IMG/VR virus record: IMGVR_UViG_3300020219_000016
Span: 7,915 to 71,914 of that record
Source of the DNA: a virus
Length of the DNA: 64,000 nt
Direction: 5' to 3' (one strand)
The notes beneath the pieces were generated by a model, which saw nothing but the letters and a program-made list of their open reading frames with translations, was not told the origin of the DNA and did no database searches. Of the stretch, positions 1 to 7,569 are shown one piece after another. Within the stretch, counting starts at the first letter, position 1. Each line of letters starts with the position of its first letter. The position numbers were made by a program, and so were the translations under genes.

Positions 1-1
1 T

Positions 2-286
2 CACAGAAAGGTAAAACTGTCGCCCGTGCCTTTGCTGAAGGAAGGTCACGTTGAGGGGGCAGTCGGTCGCCGAAAGAGCGGATTGCCAACGGCTCAGCCA
101 GGGCGTCAGAGTATCGTCGTAACAATTAAGATCCCTGCGCAGTGGGATGAAGCTCTCCGGCATGAGTGGGGGAGCAAGGCAAGCCAGAGGATGAAGGCTG
201 CTGCACAGTTGCGTGTCGAGAAAGAGACGGGGAAATTACTGCCTGTTCAGCGCGGCATGGGGCCATTTCTGGGGCGTGAGGGGTAA
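2..286 (+). CDS. hypothetical protein, 5'-truncated by window edge
   Basis: Frame of ORF 26..286 is open back to position 2. Confidence 0.5.
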   Translation, partial: HRKVKLSPVPLLKEGHVEGAVGRRKSGLPTAQPGRQSIVVTIKIPAQWDEALRHEWGSKASQRMKAAAQLRVEKETGKLLPVQRGMGPFLGREG

Positions 287-308
287 TTGATTATTTCTCA
301 ATCTTCTG

Positions 309-337
309 TTGCATTGCGTAGGCGTGTTTTGTAGAGT
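309..337 (+). promoter_or_regulatory. sigma70-like promoter
   Basis: TTGCAT-N17-TAGAGT in intergenic DNA. Confidence 0.5.
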
Positions 338-385
338 TACGCTTCCGAAGTCGCAAGACAACTATCTAAACAACCAAACTATCGC

Positions 386-494
386 ATGAATGAGCCCTGT
401 CGTCAGGGTTATGCCTGTCCATAGCGAAAGCGTGGGCAAGGCGGTCAATAGTCCGCCTGGAAAGGCTAAAATCACGATAGCAGGGCTCTTTCAT
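386..494 (+). ncRNA. candidate structured leader RNA
   Basis: Closing stem ATGAA-TGAGCCCTG / CAGGGCTC-TTTCAT enclosing GAAA-capped hairpins. Confidence 0.3.
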
Positions 495-515
495 GCGCAG
501 TCAAAGGCCCGCACG

Positions 516-839
516 ATGCGAATCACGTGGAACCCAATTTCGATAGGGACGTGGAAGGCAGATGTCACGCGGATCGGAAGTGATGTTCCGAAAGTGACGT
601 TTGTTGGAGAAATCTTTCCTGATGAAGCAGCTCAGGGGATTGATCCAGAAGAGTGGAACGAGAAGGTGTGGAAGATTGTTGGACACGACGGCAGAATGAC
701 TCTGACGTGTACTCATACAGACGGATCGGTATTGAGGATTGAGTCTGGATGCTATGGTGGAGTGGCGGTACTTGATGAGGTGAGAGACCCAGGTGGCTTG
801 TGTGCCGCGTTTGTTTATGACGAAGATGAATGTCCGTAG
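516..839 (+). CDS. hypothetical protein
   Basis: ORF 390..839, likely start ATG 516; followed by terminator. Confidence 0.6.
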   Translation: MRITWNPISIGTWKADVTRIGSDVPKVTFVGEIFPDEAAQGIDPEEWNEKVWKIVGHDGRMTLTCTHTDGSVLRIESGCYGGVAVLDEVRDPGGLCAAFVYDEDECP

Positions 840-851
840 TAGTCATTCCTG

Positions 852-884
852 AAGCCCGCCTGAAGGATCAAGCGGGCTTTTTTC
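852..884 (+). terminator. intrinsic terminator
   Basis: AAGCCCGC...GCGGGCTT followed by T-run. Confidence 0.8.
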
Positions 885-931
885 TTGCGCTGAACGAGAT
901 TTCTGTTGTTTTGTACAAAATCACGAAAAAG

Positions 932-966
932 ATCTGCGGTCGTCAGAAAACGATCGTATATGTCAT
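932..966 (+). promoter_or_regulatory. recurrent phage promoter-like motif
   Basis: ATCTGCG-N16-CGTATATGTCAT upstream of recT; CGTATATG core recurs at ~10 operon starts. Confidence 0.65.
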
Positions 967-1001
967 TGTTCAGATCAACATGGCATATGGGGACGATACA
1001 C

Positions 1002-1802
1002 ATGGCTGAAGAGAAGGTTGAAGAGTTGCCTGCACGGCAGGAACAGAAGCCGAAAGACTTGAGAACGATACTTACCGGCGATGCAATGCTCGCCCAGTTC
1101 GAGAAGGCTTTACCTAAGCATCTTTCTGCAGATCGGTTTATCCGTGTGGCTTGCACGATGCTGCTGCGTGTTCCGCTACTGGCGGAATGCACGCACGAGA
1201 GTTTCTTCAAGTGCATGCTGGATCTGTCGGCGATGGGTTTGGAGCCTGATGGCGTTCGAGCTCACCTGATACCGTTTCGAAACAACCAGAAAAGCACAGT
1301 CGAGTGTACGCTGATCATCGACTACAAGGGCATGGTTGAACTGGTGCGACGGTCTGGTGACGTGGTAAAGATCAATGCCGACGTGATCTGTGATGGCGAC
1401 ACGTACGTACATGAAATGGGCGAGGTTGTGAGCCATACCTTTTCGCTCACTGAGAAACGTGGTGAACCGATCGCCGCGTATGCACAGGTTAAGTTTCGCA
1501 GTGGCGATGTCCAGTGCGTGATTATGACCAAGGATGAGATCGAAAGCATCCGCGCTCGCAGCAAGTCTGGCACCAAAGGTCCGTGGGTAACGGACTGGAA
1601 GGAAATGGCAAAAAAAACAGCGTTCAGGCGTTTATGCAAATGGCTGACGCTTAGTCCTGAAGTGCATCAATACATTGCCGCTGCGGATGAAACAGAGTTT
1701 GATTACCAGCGCCAGCAGCCAATGAAGGCAATTGAGCACAAGCGCACAGTTCCGGTCGATCCGTTTAAGCAGGAGGCACCCGGCAATGATAGTAATGGCT
1801 AA
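1002..1802 (+). CDS. recT: RecT-family single-strand annealing protein
   Basis: ALPKHLSADRF, GLEPDG-AHLIPF, IIDYKGMVEL..RSG, PWVTDWKEMAKKT motifs; coupled to exonuclease. Confidence 0.92.
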   Translation: MAEEKVEELPARQEQKPKDLRTILTGDAMLAQFEKALPKHLSADRFIRVACTMLLRVPLLAECTHESFFKCMLDLSAMGLEPDGVRAHLIPFRNNQKSTVECTLIIDYKGMVELVRRSGDVVKINADVICDGDTYVHEMGEVVSHTFSLTEKRGEPIAAYAQVKFRSGDVQCVIMTKDEIESIRARSKSGTKGPWVTDWKEMAKKTAFRRLCKWLTLSPEVHQYIAAADETEFDYQRQQPMKAIEHKRTVPVDPFKQEAPGNDSNG

Positions 1803-2421
1803 CGTGCAACAGGGTTCGGAGCCTTGGTTTGCCATGCGGCGTGGCAGACCTACGGCCAGCAACTTCAAACATATTCTGACGGCAAAGAAAGTGGAGCTGG
1901 CAGCGGCACGCTGGACGTACATGGATGAACTGATCGCAGAGTGCTACCACCCGGAGTTAACTACGTGGACAGGTAACTTCTGGACGGATCGCGGTGAAGA
2001 ACTGGAGCCGATCGCCCGTAAAGAGTTCACGAAGGTGACAGGTCTTGAGGTGTCTGAGATCGGCTTTATTACACGCGACGATCAGATCGTGGGTTGCTCG
2101 CCTGACGGGTTGATTGCCGGGGCGGATGGCGAATGGATCGCCGGATTGGAAATGAAGTGTCCTGCGCCAAAGACTCATGTGCAATACGTTCGAGAGGGCG
2201 TGTTGCCGGATGCGTACAAGGCGCAGGTGCATGGTTCTATGGCTGTGACAGGATTGGACGTGTGGCATTTCTTTTCGTACTGCCCGCGTATGCAGCCGTT
2301 TCATTTGATTGTGAAGCGCGACGATTACACGGAGCGGTTATCGAATGCACTGGATGCTTTCTTGATTGAGTACGCTCAGGTGCGTGCTGACGTGATTCCG
2401 AAACTGACGCTGCCTGAGTAG
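1786..2421 (+). CDS. YqaJ/lambda-exonuclease family protein
   Basis: QGSEPWFAMRRGRPTAS, GCSPDGL, LEMKCP, Y.AQVHG motifs. Confidence 0.9.
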   Translation: MIVMANVQQGSEPWFAMRRGRPTASNFKHILTAKKVELAAARWTYMDELIAECYHPELTTWTGNFWTDRGEELEPIARKEFTKVTGLEVSEIGFITRDDQIVGCSPDGLIAGADGEWIAGLEMKCPAPKTHVQYVREGVLPDAYKAQVHGSMAVTGLDVWHFFSYCPRMQPFHLIVKRDDYTERLSNALDAFLIEYAQVRADVIPKLTLPE

Positions 2422-2447
2422 TGTTTCCATTTCCAAGGGGATTGTTC

Positions 2448-2666
2448 ATGTTTTTGTACGTGTTTGAAACTGGTGAAGTTGAGTGGCACGACGCCGGTCC
2501 AACGGAGGAAGACTTTCGTGCGGTGGATGAAAACCGTCTGTCGGTGTACGAATTCACTGGCATGGAGATCATCGAGCACAAGTCAGCCGAATTGACGGTT
2601 GGTGTTGAAAAGTGCAGCATTGATGCTACGTACGATTGCCACATTCCTGCTGAAAGTGATGATTGA
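2448..2666 (+). CDS. hypothetical acidic protein
   Basis: ORF tiles the operon. Confidence 0.55.
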   Translation: MFLYVFETGEVEWHDAGPTEEDFRAVDENRLSVYEFTGMEIIEHKSAELTVGVEKCSIDATYDCHIPAESDD

Positions 2667-2744
2667 TATGTCAACAGTCGCATTCGTTGAGTTTGCAGCG
2701 ACTTTGGTTGAGTTGAAGGCGATGACCACTATTGAGGCAGGATC

Positions 2745-3233
2745 ATGAATAAATACGACGGTGATGTATTCAATGCTGAGACTGCACATCACGAACTTGA
2801 ATTCGAATTGAATGATTCGGTGGATGCGTTTCGTACGCAAGAGCGAGCTCGCATGGAGTCAAGGTTTGCAGTTGCTGATCGGACCATCAAGGTTGCAAAA
2901 GAGAAGTGGGCCGCAGAGCAGGTATTGCTGGATGCGGCGGCAGTTACAGAGGCTTTGCGGGATAAACGGATCGGTAAGATCTACGTCGAGTGGGAAAATG
3001 TCGGCTTTGCGATGAAAGCGCGGAAAACTGGCAAACGAGGCATATGCGAGGTGATGACAGACGAACACAAGAAACTGTCGCATGGCGACAAGGCTACGAC
3101 TGGTAAACTGTGCTTTCGTCAATTAAAGAAAGATGGTTCGCCGTCAAAGATTTTTCATGTGTTCAAGTTAAATTGGAGCGCCGGTGAATCAGAGCCACCG
3201 TGGGGATGGTATCCTGAAGGCGTAGATCGATAG
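2745..3233 (+). CDS. hypothetical protein
   Basis: 162 aa ORF with AGGA RBS. Confidence 0.7.
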   Translation: MNKYDGDVFNAETAHHELEFELNDSVDAFRTQERARMESRFAVADRTIKVAKEKWAAEQVLLDAAAVTEALRDKRIGKIYVEWENVGFAMKARKTGKRGICEVMTDEHKKLSHGDKATTGKLCFRQLKKDGSPSKIFHVFKLNWSAGESEPPWGWYPEGVDR

Positions 3234-3241
3234 AAGATCGT

Positions 3242-3395
3242 TTATTGGCGGCGTGGACGGTGACACCCGGTGGAGGCTCCTACAGCCTGTGAAGCCGGTT
3301 GAGATGAAAGAAAAATCTGACTTGGCTTCAGTAATTAAACGTGACGTGGCCACCACCTTTTAAGCTCACAGCAGGTTCGATCCCTGCCCAATAAA
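3242..3395 (+). ncRNA. tRNA-like RNA 1 (expanded anticodon region)
   Basis: Acceptor TTATTGG/CCAATAA, T-arm GCAGG-TTCGATC-CCTGC, ~100 nt multi-hairpin middle. Confidence 0.65.
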
Positions 3396-3439
3396 TTATT
3401 GAAAGGTTTGCTCCGAACCCGCCTGGCGAATCGGAGCGT

Positions 3440-3552
3440 CGATCTGAACCCAAAGCACCAAAAGTGCGGCTGGGTGGCGGTTGCTTCCTGTGAGAGTCGC
3501 GATGCTAAACAGGAAGTGTAAATCCATCCTGGTTCGAATCCGGGCAGGTCAA
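3440..3552 (+). ncRNA. tRNA-like RNA 2 (enlarged D and anticodon arms)
   Basis: GATCTG/CAGGTC acceptor, T-arm CCTGG-TTCGAAT-CCGGG, long stem GCTTCCTGT/ACAGGAAGT. Confidence 0.55.
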
Positions 3553-3639
3553 ATGATGCAACACGAAAAGCCAGGGCTACTGGCGAGTTGCATAGAGATG
3601 TAGCCGTGATGCGGTGAGTTGCACTACAAACAAACACGT

Positions 3640-3792
3640 TGACATGTGGCGGAAATCAGACGCGGCATCGCAAAGTACACGCGGTGTGACGAAGGGAGAA
3701 TACAGAGGATCAAGCTGGTCAAATGCGGGCCAGCCTCAATGGCTCTGCTTTAGGGCAGAGAAGCCCTGCAGGTTCGAATCCTGCCATGTCAG
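3640..3792 (+). ncRNA. tRNA-like RNA 3 (expanded anticodon region)
   Basis: Acceptor TGACATG/CATGTCA, D-arm GCG-GAAATCAGA-CGC, T-arm GCAGG-TTCGAAT-CCTGC, ~105 nt middle with three hairpins. Confidence 0.7.
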
Positions 3793-3813
3793 TTTCTAAG
3801 TGTAAGTGGCAAT
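3793..3813 (+). repeat. 21-bp direct repeat, copy 1
   Basis: TTTCTAAGTGTAAGTGGCAAT identical at 4259..4279; both follow a tRNA-like 3' end. Confidence 0.85.
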
Positions 3814-3963
3814 ATTCTGAAATGCTTTCGACTCTTGGGTTTCGTGGGTCACTTGCTAAAGATCAGATGAGCCATCTGTGCTTTAGTATTGGAGCACAGA
3901 GTCTTGGTAGAACCCCGGATCAACGAAACTGGTTGAAACAGACCATAGGGCATTCAGTTTTTC

Positions 3964-4058
3964 GGAACGTAGGTGTAACGGTTGCATTGCAGGTCAGTAT
4001 CGAAATATATACCGGAGAGGCGCTGCCGGGGGAGAAGGTTCAATTCCTTCACGTTCCA
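3964..4058 (+). ncRNA. tRNA-like RNA 4
   Basis: Acceptor GGAACGT/ACGTTCC, D-loop-like TAACGGTT, T-arm GAAGG-TTCAATT-CCTTC, oversized anticodon arm GCAG...CTGC. Confidence 0.65.
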
Positions 4059-4177
4059 ATCCTAGACATAAAAACCTGAATCAACACTTCCACCCGTTGG
4101 GCTTTAGCTGTTGAGGTGGATCGCGGAGGCTGACTAATCAGGAGCCTCTCATTCCGGATGCGTCAATGGCCGGAAAC

Positions 4178-4257
4178 GGGTCAGCTAGCTTAGAGGTAGA
4201 GCGCCGCGTTGTACCGGTAGTACGCGGAGGTCGGTGGTTCGATTCCATCCTGATCCA
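4178..4257 (+). tRNA. tRNA-like RNA 5, near-canonical cloverleaf with 14-nt anticodon loop (identity undetermined)
   Basis: GGGTCAG/CTGATCC acceptor, GCTTAGAGGTAGAGC D-arm, CCGCG/CGCGG stem, AGGTC variable loop, GGTGG-TTCGATT-CCATC T-arm. Confidence 0.7.
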
Positions 4258-4258
4258 A

Positions 4259-4565
4259 TTTCTAAGTGTAAGTGGCAATCAGCTTCGGCAACTGATTCGA
4301 ACGAAGGGGATAGCTGGCCGCTGGGAATGTCATCCAACAAATCAAGTAGGCAAAATTTAATGAGCCGAACGAAGCGAAAGAGATGCTTGCATGTACCCTG
4401 ACAAAGAGAGACACCCCTACGAAGGAAAGTCGTTTACTAAACCATCTCTGGAGACCGGTCGGATAGATTCCAATACCGAAAGGTGCGGATAAAGACACGG
4501 TTGCTGACGAGCCGCATGGATCTGCGAGAGTGATCAGACAGCCGGAATAGACGGCACATTTCATT
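4259..4565 (+). ncRNA. candidate ~300 nt structured ncRNA
   Basis: No credible + strand ORF; begins with the 21-bp repeat; several GNRA-type loops (GCGAAAG, ACCGAAAGGT, GCGAGAGT). Confidence 0.4.
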
Positions 4566-4593
4566 TTCGAAAGTATTAACACGTGAAGGAGTG

Positions 4594-4938
4594 ATGATGA
4601 AGGTTATTGGGACTAACAATTCGGCAATTATCGTGGAACTGAGTGCTTCCGAGTGGGCGGCAATAGGCGGCAGAATACATGTGGTGGGCTACAATACGTT
4701 CCCAACTAGCTCGCCTGTGCCTGACGTTTACGAAACGGCAAAAGCCTTGAGGAATATCAAGGACGCAACGCCAGATCTGAATCGGATCAGGGCGACGTTT
4801 CAATCGTTCCTGATGCTCACGGAGCCACAGGCGATAATTGAAGTGCTCAAGAAATGTGGCATCGCTGAGAAGGCTACAGAGCCACAGTCGGATCTCGCCA
4901 AGGACGAAGTTGGACGTGCGGCGTTATCCACTGGCTAA
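4594..4938 (+). CDS. hypothetical protein
   Basis: AAGGAG RBS, ~114 aa ORF. Confidence 0.7.
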   Translation: MMKVIGTNNSAIIVELSASEWAAIGGRIHVVGYNTFPTSSPVPDVYETAKALRNIKDATPDLNRIRATFQSFLMLTEPQAIIEVLKKCGIAEKATEPQSDLAKDEVGRAALSTG

Positions 4939-4950
4939 AATTCGATAAAA

Positions 4951-4962
4951 CGTATATGTCAT
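4951..4962 (+). promoter_or_regulatory. recurrent promoter-like motif
   Basis: CGTATATGTCAT intergenic. Confidence 0.6.
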
Positions 4963-4993
4963 AATCGGGAACAATTCGGTACAATGCTGAGTA

Positions 4994-5022
4994 ACGCCTA
5001 CTCAGTGGCTTTGTAACTGAGA
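4994..5022 (+). repeat. dispersed 29-bp hairpin repeat
   Basis: ACGCCTACTCAGTGGCTTTGTAACTGAGA; similar at 19886..19914 and 54733..54761. Confidence 0.6.
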
Positions 5023-5042
5023 CCAAATGGGCACTACTGGGG

Positions 5043-5399
5043 GTGAGTAACGTAACGGAGACAGCGATGGTAAAAAGAGGTTTAGCAGATCGCATTGCGG
5101 GCATTAAAGTATTTGCGCGTAGCAGTGTGTGGTACGACAAATTGTCAGCACCATGCCAGTTGCAGTTTCTGGAAGCCTACTCGCTGTTTTTGTCTGGTAT
5201 ACCGGATCTTCCGACTAAGTCACATCTTCATCGGTGTGTTGGTCAGATGATGCAGGAAGACTTTCCCACGGAGATGCATTTATGGCCAAAGCGAGATCAG
5301 TTCTGCAGGTTGATCAGGGACAAAAGCCTGTTTCTGGCAGAGGAGCTAAAGCGACTCAAGAAGCCAGCAAAACGGTCGCCGAAAAGATCCAGGCAATAG
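5043..5399 (+). CDS. hypothetical protein
   Basis: 118 aa ORF overlapping next gene. Confidence 0.6.
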   Translation: MSNVTETAMVKRGLADRIAGIKVFARSSVWYDKLSAPCQLQFLEAYSLFLSGIPDLPTKSHLHRCVGQMMQEDFPTEMHLWPKRDQFCRLIRDKSLFLAEELKRLKKPAKRSPKRSRQ

Positions 5400-6427
5400 T
5401 ATCCAGTGAGCAGGTATCAGAGCGTGAGGCGGTTGAAGATCGGTTGAAGGCAAAGATCCGTCGTCTCGAGGTAGATGTCGCTTCGGAGCGTTCACGTGTG
5501 AAGCGTTCGCAGGATGCCATGAATTCACTACAGGAACGCATAGAGCTCGCTGAGGCTACGTACAATCCATCTCGCAGGTATCAGGTCGGATCAGCCAGCA
5601 AAGGCGCTAAGTCAACGTGTACGGCAATTGTGATGCTGAGCGATCTTCATCTTGAGGAAAAGGTCGATCCGTCTGTCTGCATGGGAAACGAATACAATCT
5701 GGACATCGCGAAGCGGCGTAATGACAGAGTGATCAACACGATGGTGAATGTACTGGAAAGTCACAGACGATTTTACCCGTGGAAGGATCTGGTGATCTGG
5801 TTGGGTGGTGACATGATTTCGGGTGCAATCCATGATGAACTGGAAGCCACCAATTTCATCGGACCAACGGAAGCGATCATGTTCGCTCAAGACCTGATGT
5901 TGGCGAATATCGATCTGCTTCGGAAGGTACTGACGCCTCGCAAGACGACTGTCGTGTGCAACATGGGTAATCATGGACGTACGACTCCGAAGAAGCGGTT
6001 TGCGGACGGCTACAACTATAGCTGGGAGTGGCTTGCGTACAACAACATGGCGCGTGTGCTTCAGTCGGACAAGTCGATTGAGTTTATCATTGCCAAGGGA
6101 TCGCTGATTGAGATCGAGATTGAAGGCATCGCAACGCGGTTTACGCATGGTGACGACCTTCGGTTTGCGGGTGGCGTTGGTGGCGTGTACATCCCATTGG
6201 CAAAGATGATCATGAATTGGGACAAGCGGTGGAAGGCATCCAAGACGATTTTGGGTCACTATCACCAGCATTTTCATATTGGCAACGCGATCATGAATGG
6301 TTGCCTGATAGGCCCGAATGCGTATTCGATCTCAGGCGGTTTTGATGCACAGCGTCCGAGTCAGACAACTGCGATTGTGGACAGCCATCGTGGGTATGTG
6401 GACGTAACACAGATTTTTGCGGAGTAG
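5282..6427 (+). CDS. calcineurin-like metallophosphoesterase with N-terminal coiled coil
   Basis: SDLH, GGDMISG, GNHGR, THGD, GHYH motifs; start uncertain. Confidence 0.85.
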   Translation: MAKARSVLQVDQGQKPVSGRGAKATQEASKTVAEKIQAIVSSEQVSEREAVEDRLKAKIRRLEVDVASERSRVKRSQDAMNSLQERIELAEATYNPSRRYQVGSASKGAKSTCTAIVMLSDLHLEEKVDPSVCMGNEYNLDIAKRRNDRVINTMVNVLESHRRFYPWKDLVIWLGGDMISGAIHDELEATNFIGPTEAIMFAQDLMLANIDLLRKVLTPRKTTVVCNMGNHGRTTPKKRFADGYNYSWEWLAYNNMARVLQSDKSIEFIIAKGSLIEIEIEGIATRFTHGDDLRFAGGVGGVYIPLAKMIMNWDKRWKASKTILGHYHQHFHIGNAIMNGCLIGPNAYSISGGFDAQRPSQTTAIVDSHRGYVDVTQIFAE

Positions 6428-6434
6428 TTTTGAG

Positions 6435-7193
6435 ATGAGTGGTTTAACAAAGTTCTGCTACATCGCTGGCCCAATGACTGGAATTCCTCTGTTTAACTTC
6501 CCGGCGTTTGATGAGGCACGAGATTTCCTGAACAGGGCATCTGAATACCGCGCTGTTTCGCCTGCTGATATGGACCGGGAATTGGGTTTCGATCCAACCA
6601 CGTTGCTGAAAGACTGGGACTGGAATGTGATTCCGGCAACCACAGGCGGTCTCAATGCCATTATTGACCGATGCTACACGGCTGTGATGCAATGTGACGC
6701 GATCTTTCTTCTGCCGGGTTGGGAGAAGAGTAAGGGTGCTTTGGCTGAACTGGCGATTGCCAAGTGGCGAGGGCTGAAGATACTCGGTGATGGGCAACCG
6801 GCAGCGGAGTACAATGTTCATATCGACAATGCCTTCTCAGAGGCTTCATATCTGAGACACTCAACTGTGAAACCAGACGTATCAGTGAAAGATGGCTCAA
6901 GCACTGAGGATATTCTGGATATCGCCAAGGCCATCACTTCAGGCGACCGTCAGCATGCTTACGGTCCACCGGATCAGGACTTCCGTCGAACTGCTGACAT
7001 GTGGACAGCTCTGTTCGGCCATATGCTCCGGGAAGGCGTTGCGTTCGAGACTTGGAATGTCGCCCAGGCAATGGTACTGCTGAAGTTGTCTCGTTTGCAG
7101 CACAGCCGGAAGCGTGACAACGTGATCGATGCTGCAGGCTACTCGAGGTGCATGGATATTTGCTACAGAGCGGGAGGCGGGTATCAATCATGA
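6435..7193 (+). CDS. DUF4406 (deoxyribosyltransferase-like) + DUF6378-like fusion
   Basis: YIAGPMTG..FNFPAF..CDAIFLLPGWEKSKGA..E; C-terminal GDRQHAYGPP..F..W..KLSR..D..IDAAGY. Confidence 0.75.
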   Translation: MSGLTKFCYIAGPMTGIPLFNFPAFDEARDFLNRASEYRAVSPADMDRELGFDPTTLLKDWDWNVIPATTGGLNAIIDRCYTAVMQCDAIFLLPGWEKSKGALAELAIAKWRGLKILGDGQPAAEYNVHIDNAFSEASYLRHSTVKPDVSVKDGSSTEDILDIAKAITSGDRQHAYGPPDQDFRRTADMWTALFGHMLREGVAFETWNVAQAMVLLKLSRLQHSRKRDNVIDAAGYSRCMDICYRAGGGYQS

Positions 7194-7468
7194 TTCCAAA
7201 GACCATCCAGATTCTTGGTCGTGAATACAAGATCCGTCGCAGGCGCATGAAGGACTATGCGGGCGTCGATCCGGATGCACGGATAATCTGGATTCGGTCT
7301 GGCGTAAATGATGAGACGGCGAGGGAATGCCTGTTGCACGAAGTGCTGCACGCGATTTTGCACCAGAGCGGGAATAACTACCAACTGGATGCGAAGCAGG
7401 AAGAAGCAATCGTACGATCGATTGAGCATGGGCTGACTCAAGCTGGTTACGGTTTGCACGTTGAATAA
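7190..7468 (+). CDS. small zincin-like (HExxH) protein
   Basis: LLHEVLHAI plus downstream EE; ATGA coupling. Confidence 0.7.
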   Translation: MIPKTIQILGREYKIRRRRMKDYAGVDPDARIIWIRSGVNDETARECLLHEVLHAILHQSGNNYQLDAKQEEAIVRSIEHGLTQAGYGLHVE

Positions 7469-7537
7469 TCCCGCACGGGATTGAATGGGCTGTTTTGTGT
7501 TTCCGGTTGGTGATTGTTTACCGATCGGGATTTGTTT

Positions 7538-7549
7538 TGTATATGTCAT
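7538..7549 (+). promoter_or_regulatory. recurrent promoter-like motif
   Basis: TGTATATGTCAT upstream of ATPase. Confidence 0.5.
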
Positions 7550-7569
7550 GCTCTGGGGAGTGAATTACT

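Noticed and set aside
3242-3792. tmRNA or group I intron-containing tRNAs
   Set aside because: No tRNA-Ala-like GGGG acceptor or tag ORF; inserts of ~100 nt or less are too short for group I introns and show no recognisable core.
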